A stretch of 64,000 nt of DNA from Salinispira sp. (GTDB lineage Bacteria; Spirochaetota; Spirochaetia; DSM-27196; Salinispiraceae): assembly GCA_965602015.1 (NCBI GenBank), contig OZ271918.1, forward strand, positions 3,200,001 through 3,264,000, given 5' to 3'. The translations under genes were made by a program, and so were the position numbers. The notes under the pieces are model-generated. The model searched no databases, had not been told where the DNA came from, and worked only from the letters and a program-made list of their open reading frames with translations. Shown here piece after piece: positions 27,545 to 37,993 of this stretch (position 1 is its first letter; each line of letters starts with the position of its first letter).

Positions 27545-28369
27545 ATGGAATTATTCGATAGTTTGGAAAAACAGTGCTGCCGCATAGGTCTCAGGGGGAA
27601 GAACAAGCGGGAAGTCCTGCATGAACTGGCGACCCTCGCCTGCCGCTCCAGCGCTCTGGATGAAAGCCGAATCGAAGAGGTATTCGCTGCCCTGGAAAAA
27701 CGGGAATCTCAGGGGTCTACGGGATTCGGCGGCGCAGTGGCCATCCCCCATGCCCGGCTAAGCAATATGGACAGCTTTGCCCTCGCCATCGGAGTTCACA
27801 GCGACGGAATTGACTTCGACGCCCTCGACAAAAAGCGGGTGCGCCTGTTTTTTATCATTCTAGGCCCCGAGGAGGATGTGAACCAGCACCTGAAAATACT
27901 GGCTGCGGTTTCAAGAGCCCTCACCCGAAGTTCAGCGAAAAAAGAGATACTCGCGGCGCAGGGCAACGAAGCGGTTTACGAGGCCTTCCTGAGAAACGTC
28001 GAAAGCCTGGGAGAAGAACGAAAGGAGAAACCGAAACTCAAACTCCTGGTGCTCATCCTCTTCCTGGAGGAGTATGTCTACGATGTTCTGGAACTCTACC
28101 TGCAGAAGGGCATTGAGGGGGCAACCGTGCTGGACAGTTTCGGCATGGGAGAATACATCAGCAATGTACCGCTGTTTGCCACATTTATCGGATTCATGCA
28201 GGAAAAGAAAAACCATTCCAAGACAATATTGGCGATGATTCCGGAAAATATGGAATCCGAGCTGGTGGAATCCATAGAGGGAATTGTCGGCGACCTGGAC
28301 AAAAAGCAGGGCGCCATGCTCTTCAGCCTGGACGTGGGCATGTACAAGGGCAGCATGAAAATGCTCTGA
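27545..28369 (+). CDS. PTS EIIA (Ntr/Fru-type) domain fused to a C-terminal PII-like domain
   Basis: 'KRESQGSTGFGGAVAIPHAR' with the phospho-His and 'GIDFDALD'; C-terminal 'GIEGATVLDSFGMG...SKTILAMI' pattern. Confidence 0.78.
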   Translation: MELFDSLEKQCCRIGLRGKNKREVLHELATLACRSSALDESRIEEVFAALEKRESQGSTGFGGAVAIPHARLSNMDSFALAIGVHSDGIDFDALDKKRVRLFFIILGPEEDVNQHLKILAAVSRALTRSSAKKEILAAQGNEAVYEAFLRNVESLGEERKEKPKLKLLVLILFLEEYVYDVLELYLQKGIEGATVLDSFGMGEYISNVPLFATFIGFMQEKKNHSKTILAMIPENMESELVESIEGIVGDLDKKQGAMLFSLDVGMYKGSMKML

Positions 28370-28380
28370 CCCTTCGTTTT

Positions 28381-30645
28381 TTACGTGAGCTTGTCCTCCA
28401 TGGCTTCCAGACGGCGGTACTCCACCTCCAAATCGCTGAGGTAGTGGTTGATTTCTCCAGTCTGGGTCCGAAGGCTGTCGACAGGCGGCAGATCCGCGAG
28501 CTCCGGGGTCCGCTTCATACGGACGAGATCAAGCTGGAGCTGCCGCAGGGAGTTGATCGCCGAGCTTATCCGCACTTTGAGCATCTGCTGTTGGTTCTGA
28601 AGCTCATAATATGATGACTGCTGCTTTTTTATCGATTCGATAGAACGTTCGAGCTCGACAATCAGGTCCGGGTTGCCGGTCTTGTCCCGCTGTTTCTGCA
28701 AATCCAGAAGTTCGCCCTCAAGCCTGGTCATGGGTATGGCCTGCAGGGTCTTGTTTATCTCCTGATCTTTACGGCTCAGCTCAACGACCTGCTGCACGTA
28801 GTTTTCAAGAACCTGTTCGAAATCCTCCCCGAGCTGCGACCGGTCCTTCATGCCGGCGATCTGAGCCAGCACGCCTGCCTTGAGGTTCATGGCCTCGGCT
28901 TCCATGGGGCTCAATGAACGAGAGGGAAGAGCAGTTTTCGCGCTGAGCTTAAGCTTCCTGGCGTTTTTAATCTGAGAGACCGGAACACCCATTTCTTCCA
29001 ATTCCGCAAGGGCATCGGCCTCCTTGCGCTTGAAGCCGGGCAGACCGCCGAACACCCCAATGGACATGGCCGCAATGGGTATGAGAGACCAGGGTACCCC
29101 GGGCGAGGTAATGATGTTTATTCCAGCCAGAAACAGACTGGTCGCCACGGTGGAGACCAGATTGCCCCAGTAGTTGTTGCGGGCTTTGTTCAGTTTGCGA
29201 AGCCGTTTTAACTGCTGCTTATTTACTGCGGGCAGTGCCTGGAGCTCCCGGGCCTCGTTGCGTTTCCGCCGGATCGAAGCGATATGGGTTACCAGGCCGA
29301 TTCCCCAGCCCGCCGCCGGAAAAAAGAACCAGGGAAAGCCGGCTCCGGTAAACAGCCAGATTGCGAACAATCCCCCGTTCACCGCTAGGTATGAGCCTAT
29401 ATGGCCCCGCATGCCTGATTCCATTTTTTGCAGACTTTTCATGGTCTGAGCCCGGTATTCCTGGATCAGCTGCTGATCCTGCCAGCTGTCGTAGGGGGTG
29501 TCCAGCACCCGGTCCCAGGCCTTCTCGAGCATTTTATCTTCTTTGTCATCCTCGCCGAATCCCCGGCGGTCTGGAATGGGCAGTACCTGACGATCGTTCT
29601 GCAGCTGGTATTCCATGCGCCGTTCCCGGCCCCGTACGCTGTGCCGGCCCCGTTCGAACTCCCTGCCGATTTCATGGGCAATTTCCCTGCCCACATTCCC
29701 GACTTCCCGGGCGGCCCGCCGGAGATTGTAGGGGAATTCCCTGGGGTCCACACTCTGCTCCCCGGAGGCAGCTGCTCCCGGTGCTGCTGCACTGGTTGAA
29801 GCCTGATCAGCGCCGCTTGCGGGAGACAGAAATCCTTTCTTGACCATGTCCTGAAGAAATCCGTCGATTTTCGGAGAGTTGCCGGGTATTACCGCCCGGA
29901 CCTGAGTTACGCTCAGACGGCGGCCGGCCCGTTTTATCTCTCCCATGACCAGGGCCTTGAGCTCATTGAGATCAACTTCGGGCTCGATGGTTTTCCCGGT
30001 ATCGGCGCCGGAAGCCGTCCCGTCTTTTGAAGAGTGTGAGCTGCGCTCCTGCTCGAGCATTTCGGCGGCTTCTTTTATTTCCCCGGAGATTTCAGCGGAA
30101 TGAGCTTCCTTGTCCTCTCCCTTTCCGTTGGTAAGGATTTCATAGGCCCGGATTTCCCGTTTGATATTCTTGAGCTTTACAGCACCGAGCTCTTTGATGG
30201 GGATTTCATCGATTTTATTGTTCACCAGGTTATACACGTCCTGAGAGATGCAAATTCTACCGGGATTACAGATACTCTGCAGCCGGCTGGCGATATTGAT
30301 TCCCTCCCCGAGGGCGTCGTTTTCGTAAAAGTAAATATCGCCCAGATGCACCCCGATTCTCAGCACCAGGGTAAAATCCGGATTCTCCCGATTTCTCTGT
30401 TCCAGGTCGTTCTGGATTTTGACGGCGCAGTTGACGGCGTTGACCGTATTGGGGAAATCAATAAGAAAAGCGTCCCCGATGGTCTTGATAACCGAACCTC
30501 TGAGTTCTTCTGTATGTTTCTGGACGATACCGTTATGATATTCCAGAAGTTCGAGGGTGGCTTTTTCGTTCTCCTCCATCATGCGGCTGAAGCCGACTAT
30601 ATCGGTAAACATGATGGCGGCGAGGCGGTACTCTTTCGGATCCAT
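28381..30645 (-). CDS. Class III adenylate cyclase fused to two 2TM modules and a C-terminal coiled coil
   Basis: FTDIVGFS, KTIGDA, RIGVHLGD, DALGEGINIASRLQ; 'HIGSYLAVNGGLFAIW..FPWFFFPAAGWGIGLVTH' 2TM motif with a second degenerate copy. Confidence 0.82.
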   Translation of the reverse strand: MDPKEYRLAAIMFTDIVGFSRMMEENEKATLELLEYHNGIVQKHTEELRGSVIKTIGDAFLIDFPNTVNAVNCAVKIQNDLEQRNRENPDFTLVLRIGVHLGDIYFYENDALGEGINIASRLQSICNPGRICISQDVYNLVNNKIDEIPIKELGAVKLKNIKREIRAYEILTNGKGEDKEAHSAEISGEIKEAAEMLEQERSSHSSKDGTASGADTGKTIEPEVDLNELKALVMGEIKRAGRRLSVTQVRAVIPGNSPKIDGFLQDMVKKGFLSPASGADQASTSAAAPGAAASGEQSVDPREFPYNLRRAAREVGNVGREIAHEIGREFERGRHSVRGRERRMEYQLQNDRQVLPIPDRRGFGEDDKEDKMLEKAWDRVLDTPYDSWQDQQLIQEYRAQTMKSLQKMESGMRGHIGSYLAVNGGLFAIWLFTGAGFPWFFFPAAGWGIGLVTHIASIRRKRNEARELQALPAVNKQQLKRLRKLNKARNNYWGNLVSTVATSLFLAGINIITSPGVPWSLIPIAAMSIGVFGGLPGFKRKEADALAELEEMGVPVSQIKNARKLKLSAKTALPSRSLSPMEAEAMNLKAGVLAQIAGMKDRSQLGEDFEQVLENYVQQVVELSRKDQEINKTLQAIPMTRLEGELLDLQKQRDKTGNPDLIVELERSIESIKKQQSSYYELQNQQQMLKVRISSAINSLRQLQLDLVRMKRTPELADLPPVDSLRTQTGEINHYLSDLEVEYRRLEAMEDKLT

Positions 30646-30651
30646 ATCATG

Positions 30652-30680
30652 ATGTTAAGAGTTGAAACCGCCTAAGTCAA
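30652..30680 (-). promoter_or_regulatory. Sigma70 promoter directly before the cyclase ATG (leaderless)
   Basis: Minus strand TTGACT-N17-TAACAT, 6 nt, ATG; no Shine-Dalgarno. Confidence 0.7.
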
Positions 30681-30695
30681 CCAAAGGGAGGGAGG

Positions 30696-32117
30696 ATGGC
30701 AAAAAACAAATCGTCGTACTACCTGTGCAGCGAATGCGGCCACCGGGAAGCCAAATGGAGCGGCCAATGCCCGTCCTGCGGCCAGTGGAACAGCATGGAA
30801 CTCACCCAGGCTCCCGCCGGCAATCAGACCCGTAGCCGGAGCATCAGTACAGCTGCTGCGGGCACGTCTGCCGGGCCTTCTGCATCCCAGAGACTGTCTC
30901 AGGTGAGCCTGCGGGAAGACGTCCGTCTAGACTCGGGCATAGGGGAGTTGGACAGGGTGCTGGGCGGAGGCATAATCCGGGGGTCTTCGGTGCTCCTGGG
31001 CGGAGAACCGGGCATCGGCAAATCTACCCTCATGCTGCAGGCGGCGGCGGCCTACGGAACAAAGGGCAGGGTCCTGTACATTTCCGGGGAGGAAGCGGTG
31101 CAGCAGATAACCCTGCGAGCCAGGCGTCTGGGCATCGGCGACCCGGAAATTTTCCTGAAAAACAGCTCGATTGCCGAGGACTGCGCGGAAGAGATTCTCA
31201 ACATGCGGCCAGAGGTGGTGATTATCGACTCCATCCAGACCCTGCTTACTGCCGATTCTTCAGGAGCGCCGGGCAGCCCCAATCAGGTGAAGTATTCGGT
31301 TCAGATCATCACCGAGGCAGCCAGGGCCGCGGGGTCCAGCTGCTTTTTTATCGCCCATGTCACGAAGGAAGGGGCCATCGCCGGTCCGAAGCAGGTGGAG
31401 CATCTGGTTGACGCGGTTCTCTACTTTGATCATTCGGACCAGGAACTGCGCTTTCTTCGGGCCAGTAAGAATCGCTTCGGTTCGAGCGATGAAGTAGGTT
31501 TGTTTTCCATGCAGGCCGACGGTCTTGTGGAAGTGGCGGATCCCAACAATCTCTTCCTCAGCGATTTGGGCGACCAGGTGCCCGCGGGAACCGCAATCGT
31601 GCCGGTGTACGAGGGGAGCCGCATTCTCATGGTGGAAATTCAGGCGCTCACCGTACCGGGCAAGGGCGGCTTTGGACGGGTGTACTCTGACCGAATAGAT
31701 CAACGGAGAGTCAGCCGGGTGGCCGCGGTGCTAGAGAAACACCTTAAGCTGAGACTGTCGGACCAGGATATTTACGTAAACGTCGCGGGAGGAATCCGCC
31801 TGACAGATGTGGGAATCGAGCTCGCCCTGGCCATGGCCCTGTACTCCGCCCGTACCGGCATCGCCCTTCCGGCCAAGGCCGCACTATGCGGCGAGCTGAG
31901 CCTTTCGGGTCAAATCAGGTCAGTTCCCCACATCAGACGGCGAAGCGTCCAAGCCGTCGACCTTGGGTACGGACCTCTTCTCATTCCCGCCGGGCGGAAC
32001 ACTGCTTCGGGCGGCTCCATGAAGGCAGAAACTCAGAAATCCCGGCACATAAGTGAAGTTCGGGACCTTTCTCAAGCTGTGAAAGCCCTGTTCGGCGGAT
32101 CAGCCGCCGCTGTTTGA
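30696..32117 (+). CDS. radA: DNA repair protein RadA/Sms
   Basis: C4 zinc finger, GEPGIGKST, KNRFG, Lon-like C-terminal domain. Confidence 0.97.
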   Translation: MAKNKSSYYLCSECGHREAKWSGQCPSCGQWNSMELTQAPAGNQTRSRSISTAAAGTSAGPSASQRLSQVSLREDVRLDSGIGELDRVLGGGIIRGSSVLLGGEPGIGKSTLMLQAAAAYGTKGRVLYISGEEAVQQITLRARRLGIGDPEIFLKNSSIAEDCAEEILNMRPEVVIIDSIQTLLTADSSGAPGSPNQVKYSVQIITEAARAAGSSCFFIAHVTKEGAIAGPKQVEHLVDAVLYFDHSDQELRFLRASKNRFGSSDEVGLFSMQADGLVEVADPNNLFLSDLGDQVPAGTAIVPVYEGSRILMVEIQALTVPGKGGFGRVYSDRIDQRRVSRVAAVLEKHLKLRLSDQDIYVNVAGGIRLTDVGIELALAMALYSARTGIALPAKAALCGELSLSGQIRSVPHIRRRSVQAVDLGYGPLLIPAGRNTASGGSMKAETQKSRHISEVRDLSQAVKALFGGSAAAV

Positions 32118-32187
32118 TCGCCTGTAGAATGCAGCCGGGCGGCTGCGGCTTGTTGGCGCACCTTGCAGGCCGCCGGGCGGCTTCGGT

Positions 32188-33549
32188 TTAAGGAAAAAGC
32201 AGCGGCAGGGCGACGAAGGTGCCGATGGATGATCCAAGAGAAGAAAAGAAAAACACCAGCAGAATGCGGGTTATTCGGTTTCGGAAAAACCCCTTGATGC
32301 TTCCGATATCGTCGCCGAGGTTTTCGAAATCATCGACCCGGGGCTTTCTCAAAACCGCTTCCAGAAGACCGGTGACAAAACCCACACCGATGGTGGGGTT
32401 CATGCTGGTAACCGGAGCGGCAAGGAAGGACGATATGACGGTCAGCGGATGGGCGAGGGCCGCGGCGGCGCCTATCGCCGAAAGGGTTCCGTTAACCAGT
32501 ATCCAGCGCAGCAAGGCCTGAAACCCGCCTTCCCACCCTTTGGTGATAAATCCGCTGATAATCAGCCCGGCGATGAGGGCGACAATGAGCCAGGGCAGCA
32601 CCCGGCCGACAATCCCCGGAGGCGGTACAGTGGATATCTCTTTCAGATCCGAATCGCCGACCTCGGATTTCGGCGTTTTTTGGTCGGCGGACTTTGTTGC
32701 ATCGTCCAAAGACAGGATTTTCGCAACCATTCCGGGAACGTGTCCCGCGCCGACAACGGCGAGTATGGGGGCTTCATTATTGTCCTCGATTGATGCCGGT
32801 TTACCGGCGGCCTCGCCGGAAGTAACGGGAGTTTTTCCGGCGCTTTCCCAGGTTTTTATGGCCAAAAAGCGGTCTCGCTCATCGATGAGCACCGATTTAA
32901 CAGAGGGCAGGAATTCCGCCATCTCCTTCATCATGTCATCAAGGGCTGAGCGCTGCTTGAGACTCTCTATTGCCTCGGCATCCAGCTCCTCCCGGGAAAA
33001 TGCCGAGCCGATGAGAACCGCAAGGATTTTATTCCGGCCCCAGAGTCCGGTTTTTCTCCAGGCCCGGGTCAGGGTCACCTGGATATCGCGGTCGACCATC
33101 GCGGTGGGTATCGACAATTCGCCGGCGGTTTTGATAGCCGCCCGCATTTCATCGCCGGGGCGGATGCCCATGTTTAATCCCATACGCTTCTGGTACGCGG
33201 AGAGAACCAGATTACTGAGAAGCAGGAAGGTTTTCTTCTGTTTGATAATTTGAAAAATATCGAGGTTTTTCCAGCTGTTGCTCTGATTCAGGGAGCGGTA
33301 ACGGTTTTCGTCCAGTTCTATGCACACCGTTCGGGGCAGCAAGTTCCGAATAAGCTCATCAACTTCGCGGGAGCTTTCCTCGGACACGTGGGCGGTACCG
33401 AGAAGGACTATTTCACCCCGCTCCGTGCTGATCCGTGTGATAGTATCACCGTCCCGTTTTACCCGGGGGTCGGTAAATACCGAATTTTCCAATGCGGGGC
33501 TGGTTTCCGCCTGCTCACTTTTTGTAGTTTCAGGATTATTTGCTTTCAT
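32188..33549 (-). CDS. TraB (pheromone-shutdown-like) family protein
   Basis: LLGTAHVS, CIELD..R, PGDEM, LIDERD, VVGAGH; C-terminal TMs. Confidence 0.88.
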   Translation of the reverse strand: MKANNPETTKSEQAETSPALENSVFTDPRVKRDGDTITRISTERGEIVLLGTAHVSEESSREVDELIRNLLPRTVCIELDENRYRSLNQSNSWKNLDIFQIIKQKKTFLLLSNLVLSAYQKRMGLNMGIRPGDEMRAAIKTAGELSIPTAMVDRDIQVTLTRAWRKTGLWGRNKILAVLIGSAFSREELDAEAIESLKQRSALDDMMKEMAEFLPSVKSVLIDERDRFLAIKTWESAGKTPVTSGEAAGKPASIEDNNEAPILAVVGAGHVPGMVAKILSLDDATKSADQKTPKSEVGDSDLKEISTVPPPGIVGRVLPWLIVALIAGLIISGFITKGWEGGFQALLRWILVNGTLSAIGAAAALAHPLTVISSFLAAPVTSMNPTIGVGFVTGLLEAVLRKPRVDDFENLGDDIGSIKGFFRNRITRILLVFFFSSLGSSIGTFVALPLLFP

Positions 33550-33626
33550 TATTGTCCTCTGTGGCTCACGGAAAACAGATTCGCACCGGAAAAAATGCTT
33601 TGAGCCGAGTGCACGTTATACCAAAC

Positions 33627-34586
33627 TTATTCGTTTCTGCCCATTGCTTCGAGGAAGCGGTTTCGAAGGGTTTTCTGGCCGGGAAACAAATCACGGGGAA
33701 TGGTTCCCCCGCCCATGTGGACGTGGCCGCCTCCGTAGCCTACTCCCCTGAGGGCTTTTCGGATAATGATGTCCGACGGGCGTAAAAAATCCTCGCTTCT
33801 CACGGAGATGCGGTACTCGTCCCTATCGGGAACCAAAACCACCACGAATTTTATCTCCTGAAGTCCCAGGAAAAAATCGGCGGTGATCGCCATCACTTCG
33901 GGAGAACACTCAATTTCAACGGGAACGAAGGCAAAATCGCCGGCAACCTCGCAGGAATTTATCGCCTCCCGGAATACCTGCAGGTCCTGAAGGCTCAGGG
34001 AATTTCGAAGAAGCCTGCTGCCGGCTTCCCAGTCACCGAGAAAAAACAGCTCGGAAAAGGCGGCCATGTCTTCCCTGGTGACTCCCCGGGTCATAAACGC
34101 CGTATCCATCATCAGGCCCATAAGCAGGGCCGTGGCAACATTCCGCTCCAGGGTCACCCGGGCTTCGTGAAAATAGCTGTAAACCATGGTGGAGCATGCC
34201 CCCACGTCTTCACGGATGTCGTAGAACGGGGTTGAGGGTTTTTCCGGCGGGCTGTGGTGATCAATGAGTCCCACAAGTTTTCCGGGAAGGTCGGTAACGT
34301 TCCGGTTTCCCACGAATCCGTCGACGATTATTATCTGGTCGTCGCCGCGGATCTCCACCTCGTCGCTTGGCAGGAGGGGAATCGAAAGCATGGATACCGC
34401 GGCTTCAAGGGATGTGCTCTCAAGCCGGCCGGTATAACACAGCCGGGTTTCAAAACCCCGGGGTTCGAGCAGGCGGCTCAGGGCGAACCCGCTGGCAACA
34501 GCGTCATGATCGGGAAAATCATGAACCTGTATAATAACCCGGCTGTCTTTGCTCAGGCAGCCGAGTAGGGAATCAAGATGATTCAT
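33627..34586 (-). CDS. DHH/DHHA1 family phosphoesterase (NrnA-like)
   Basis: HDFPDHD, IIVD, IDHH, MMDT, SVRS, GGGH. Confidence 0.88.
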   Translation of the reverse strand: MNHLDSLLGCLSKDSRVIIQVHDFPDHDAVASGFALSRLLEPRGFETRLCYTGRLESTSLEAAVSMLSIPLLPSDEVEIRGDDQIIIVDGFVGNRNVTDLPGKLVGLIDHHSPPEKPSTPFYDIREDVGACSTMVYSYFHEARVTLERNVATALLMGLMMDTAFMTRGVTREDMAAFSELFFLGDWEAGSRLLRNSLSLQDLQVFREAINSCEVAGDFAFVPVEIECSPEVMAITADFFLGLQEIKFVVVLVPDRDEYRISVRSEDFLRPSDIIIRKALRGVGYGGGHVHMGGGTIPRDLFPGQKTLRNRFLEAMGRNE

Positions 34587-36012
34587 TAATCAACCAATCC
34601 CTGACGAGGCTCTCGGGGCTTCCGTCCAGCTCTCCCTGCTCCACCGATTCGAGCAAGGCTCTGGCGCTGTCCGTTCTCCCCTGCTGAACCGAACGCAGGG
34701 CGAAGTAGAACTGCCCCAACGCCTTGAGCCGGTCGTTTTCCTCACGACGAAGGGCATTTATAACTGGCAGGTCCACATTGTCGACATAATAGCGGGCGGT
34801 CTGGAAAAGCAGCGTGCCGCGCTCAAAAGCATTCAGGCGGTTTTCGAGAAACCTCTCGCCCTCAAACTCTGATTCGGCGAATATGGCGGCCGCGGCAAAC
34901 AGCAGATATGCCGGATTGGCTTCTTCACTCTCATATGCCCTCATGAGCCATTGATGAGCCGAATCATAGTTTCCGGAAATGTATTCCAGGGCGCCCATAA
35001 ACGGATATGCGGGAAAATAGTCCGGCCGCAAATCCAGGGCGGAACGGAACGCGTCGGCGGCTTCGGCGTACTCGCCGAGGTATCCGTGAACCTGGGCGAG
35101 GTAGGCGTATATGAGAAAGACGTCGGGAAGAAGCTCGGCGGCTATGACAAAATCATCCCGGGCTTCGGTGAACCGTCCGCTTCGGGAAAACATGCGGCCC
35201 CGGTCCAGGTAGTGCCAGCCGTTGGTCCGCTCGCGTTCGATGGCCTGCTCCATATCCGCCAGGGCGTCTATAAAATCCCCCTGTTCGACATGGGCCTTCG
35301 CCCGGTCGCTGTAGGTATAGCTGTAATCCGGATCAACCTCTATGGCCCGGGAAAATACTTCGATGGCATCCTGACTTCTGCCGTTTCGCAGAAAACTGTT
35401 GCCCAGACCCTGCAGGGCTACGAAATCATCGGGGTCCTCTTCGAGGGCCTTGGAGAACCGGGCTTCCGCCGCATCGTACTGTTCATCTTCCAGGAGAATT
35501 TCACCGGCGGCAGTGTTCGCCCGGACATTATCGGGATCAAGCTCGAGAACACGCGCCAGAAGCTCCTGCTCCCCGTTGGTATCGCCCTCTATCCGCGCTA
35601 TAAGCGACAGGGCGGACAGGATATCTGCCTGGACTGCCTCGTCCTCGGCCGGAGAAATGCTTTCGAGGATTTGTCGGGCGTTGACCAGATCGCCGGCAGC
35701 TATGTATAGATTCGCCAAAAGCACAAGGGTTGCGGGATCATCCGGATCGGCGAGTTTGGCTTCCTCATAGGCAGATATGGCCGCCTGAGGATCGCCGAGG
35801 ACGATTGCAGCGCTCATCCTTTCGTAGGGGTCTGCCACGGGTTCAAACGGATCCTCGGGTACCTGAGCACCAACGGTTTCCGGCGGGATTTCGTCAGGAA
35901 CCGTAGGCGCAAGAGCGCAGGACGCGAAAAAAAGCAGGGCCGTCAACAGGGACATGGCGGTCAGGTACCCGCTTCTCGAAAAAATGCTATTCCGGATTTT
36001 CATCAGGGACAT
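34573..36012 (-). CDS. TPR-repeat lipoprotein
   Basis: Lipobox FASC; multiple TPR units (e.g. 'ALQGLGNSFLRNGRSQDAIEVFSRAIEVDPDY'); start uncertain (36003-36039). Confidence 0.82.
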   Translation of the reverse strand: MSLMKIRNSIFSRSGYLTAMSLLTALLFFASCALAPTVPDEIPPETVGAQVPEDPFEPVADPYERMSAAIVLGDPQAAISAYEEAKLADPDDPATLVLLANLYIAAGDLVNARQILESISPAEDEAVQADILSALSLIARIEGDTNGEQELLARVLELDPDNVRANTAAGEILLEDEQYDAAEARFSKALEEDPDDFVALQGLGNSFLRNGRSQDAIEVFSRAIEVDPDYSYTYSDRAKAHVEQGDFIDALADMEQAIERERTNGWHYLDRGRMFSRSGRFTEARDDFVIAAELLPDVFLIYAYLAQVHGYLGEYAEAADAFRSALDLRPDYFPAYPFMGALEYISGNYDSAHQWLMRAYESEEANPAYLLFAAAAIFAESEFEGERFLENRLNAFERGTLLFQTARYYVDNVDLPVINALRREENDRLKALGQFYFALRSVQQGRTDSARALLESVEQGELDGSPESLVRDWLINESS

Positions 36013-36082
36013 GATAATGCCCTGTCGCTCTTTAGGCAATAATGTTGATTACCGCCGGCCTCACTGATACACTTCGCCTACT

Positions 36083-37942
36083 ATGAATCGGCAGCTCAAT
36101 AAGGGGGCTTTTTTCGTTCCCCTGCTCTATATCGCAATTATCGCAGGTCTGGTTTACGTACAATTCTCCGGCGCCAGCATCTTCACGGAAAACCTCGGCA
36201 GCATACTGCTGAGCGGAACCATGGATCTCAGCGATGAATCCGACAATTCGGCAATCGCATCCATCGACGTAGAATACAAGGGCCTGCGCTTCTCCTTCGA
36301 CGGAGAGACCGCCCTCACCCTGGAATCCAGATCCGATACTCTGCGCGAGTTGTTCATTAGCGGATACCGAAGAGACGACCGGCTGCTGACCCTCTTCTTT
36401 GACGATGGGGTAGAGCTGCGATTCCAAAATGACGAAGATCTCGATCAATTGATTATCGACACCAACATTCCCCCGAGCCTTGGCAGCGTGATGAGCCTGA
36501 GGATACCATTCCGGACTTCCATCGGCGCGGAAGCCGAGTCGACGGAAAACTTCCCCGGACTGGATATCAGCAGCAACGGCGAACGCTACATCCTCGCCCT
36601 GCCCCCCCGGTCCTACGTCAACGATGAGCTGGGGCTATTGAACATCCCCGGGGACGGGGTGTCCCGGAGCATACGCTACACCCGCAGAGCCGCGGGTAAT
36701 GAGAACATTTTCGAACTCTGGTTTCAAAACCAGCTTGAGGAAATTCCCGCCGCCCTGTATCAGGCTGAGCTCGATGATTACATCGAACGCTCGTATTTAG
36801 CCTGGAGAAGCAACCGCTTTAACCCGGCAACGGGAACATGGCAGATGAGAGGAGAGGCTTCGCGGTTCTCCGAGTCCATTCTGGTAAACGTTCTCGCCGA
36901 AGCCTGGGCGCGAAACGAATACACCAGAGTTTTCAACGATATGCGCAGCGCAGCGGACCTGTTCCCCCTGGATTTGAGCTATCGCTCGAGCGTGTTTTTG
37001 GGAAATCTCAGGCGCATTACCAACGACCTCGACGGCATCGACCGTCAGGAGAGCATACGCATCAACAACATGGTAAATCAGGGAAATGCGATGGTTTTCC
37101 TCAAACAGGATCTGTTCAAATTCGTCTCCAACCGGGGCAGCTCAGAACTGCTGGCCAATCTTGTCGCATTTTCAGAGGGTTTGAGCGCCGGAAGCCTTTC
37201 GCCCCTTGAGGCCTTGGGACTCAGCTCCAATTACTACCTCGGCGACTTCCCGGACCGCGAAATCCGCCAAATACTCAGCCGCTTCGAGGGAACGTTTGAG
37301 GAGCTGCTGCTTCCGAGCATCGTACGGGTAGACGAAGGCTTCTTTTTTCAAAGTGAACCGGGAATTGCCGACTCATACTACACAATTTTGGCAGGCAAGA
37401 CCCTTATCGCCGCCGGCGAGGCGTCAGCCGGCAATGAAAACAGCCAAAGCACCCAGCTGATCAGCCTTGGCCGCAACATGATTCTGTCGGTGCTCAGGCT
37501 CTCCGACCAGCTGGGCTTCCTTCCAGCCCAAATCGAGCTGACCGCCGGAGCCATTTCCGCCACCCAGGGTACAACAAACCCGGAGGATATATATCAGCTG
37601 CTTCAGGAGAACCCCTTCTACCCCCGGGAGGTCAGTCTGTACCAGCAGTTCGGTCAGGGGTCCTGGCTGTACACAATCATGCCTGATTTCCGAATCGAAA
37701 GCAGAACCGGAGAGTTCTCCCTTAGCCTCGAGAATACGCCAAACCGAACGCATTACATATTCTTCAGGGGATTGCCGGACATCGACCCCCTCAACGGCAT
37801 GGAGCTGTTCGGAATTATCTGGCGAAATGCCCCGGATTTCGAGATATACAGCAAGGGCCGGTACTACAATCCCGACAGCGAGACCCTCATGATCAAGTTC
37901 TTCGACGATGAGGTTGATCAGGACATCATTATTTACTATTGA
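36083..37942 (+). CDS. Hypothetical N-terminally anchored periplasmic protein
   Basis: 619-aa ORF with one N-terminal TM; TTGATT-N17-TACACT promoter 9 nt upstream. Confidence 0.7.
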   Translation: MNRQLNKGAFFVPLLYIAIIAGLVYVQFSGASIFTENLGSILLSGTMDLSDESDNSAIASIDVEYKGLRFSFDGETALTLESRSDTLRELFISGYRRDDRLLTLFFDDGVELRFQNDEDLDQLIIDTNIPPSLGSVMSLRIPFRTSIGAEAESTENFPGLDISSNGERYILALPPRSYVNDELGLLNIPGDGVSRSIRYTRRAAGNENIFELWFQNQLEEIPAALYQAELDDYIERSYLAWRSNRFNPATGTWQMRGEASRFSESILVNVLAEAWARNEYTRVFNDMRSAADLFPLDLSYRSSVFLGNLRRITNDLDGIDRQESIRINNMVNQGNAMVFLKQDLFKFVSNRGSSELLANLVAFSEGLSAGSLSPLEALGLSSNYYLGDFPDREIRQILSRFEGTFEELLLPSIVRVDEGFFFQSEPGIADSYYTILAGKTLIAAGEASAGNENSQSTQLISLGRNMILSVLRLSDQLGFLPAQIELTAGAISATQGTTNPEDIYQLLQENPFYPREVSLYQQFGQGSWLYTIMPDFRIESRTGEFSLSLENTPNRTHYIFFRGLPDIDPLNGMELFGIIWRNAPDFEIYSKGRYYNPDSETLMIKFFDDEVDQDIIIYY

Positions 37943-37993
37943 TATTAGCCCCGGCGCACCTACGCCGGGGGCCGCACTGCTCCAGGAGTCCCT

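Noticed and set aside
28381..30645. Cyclase plus TM domains as a Pycsar or CBASS-like defence system
   Set aside because: Specificity residues are ordinary ATP-type, there is no separate effector gene, and the context is housekeeping (radA)
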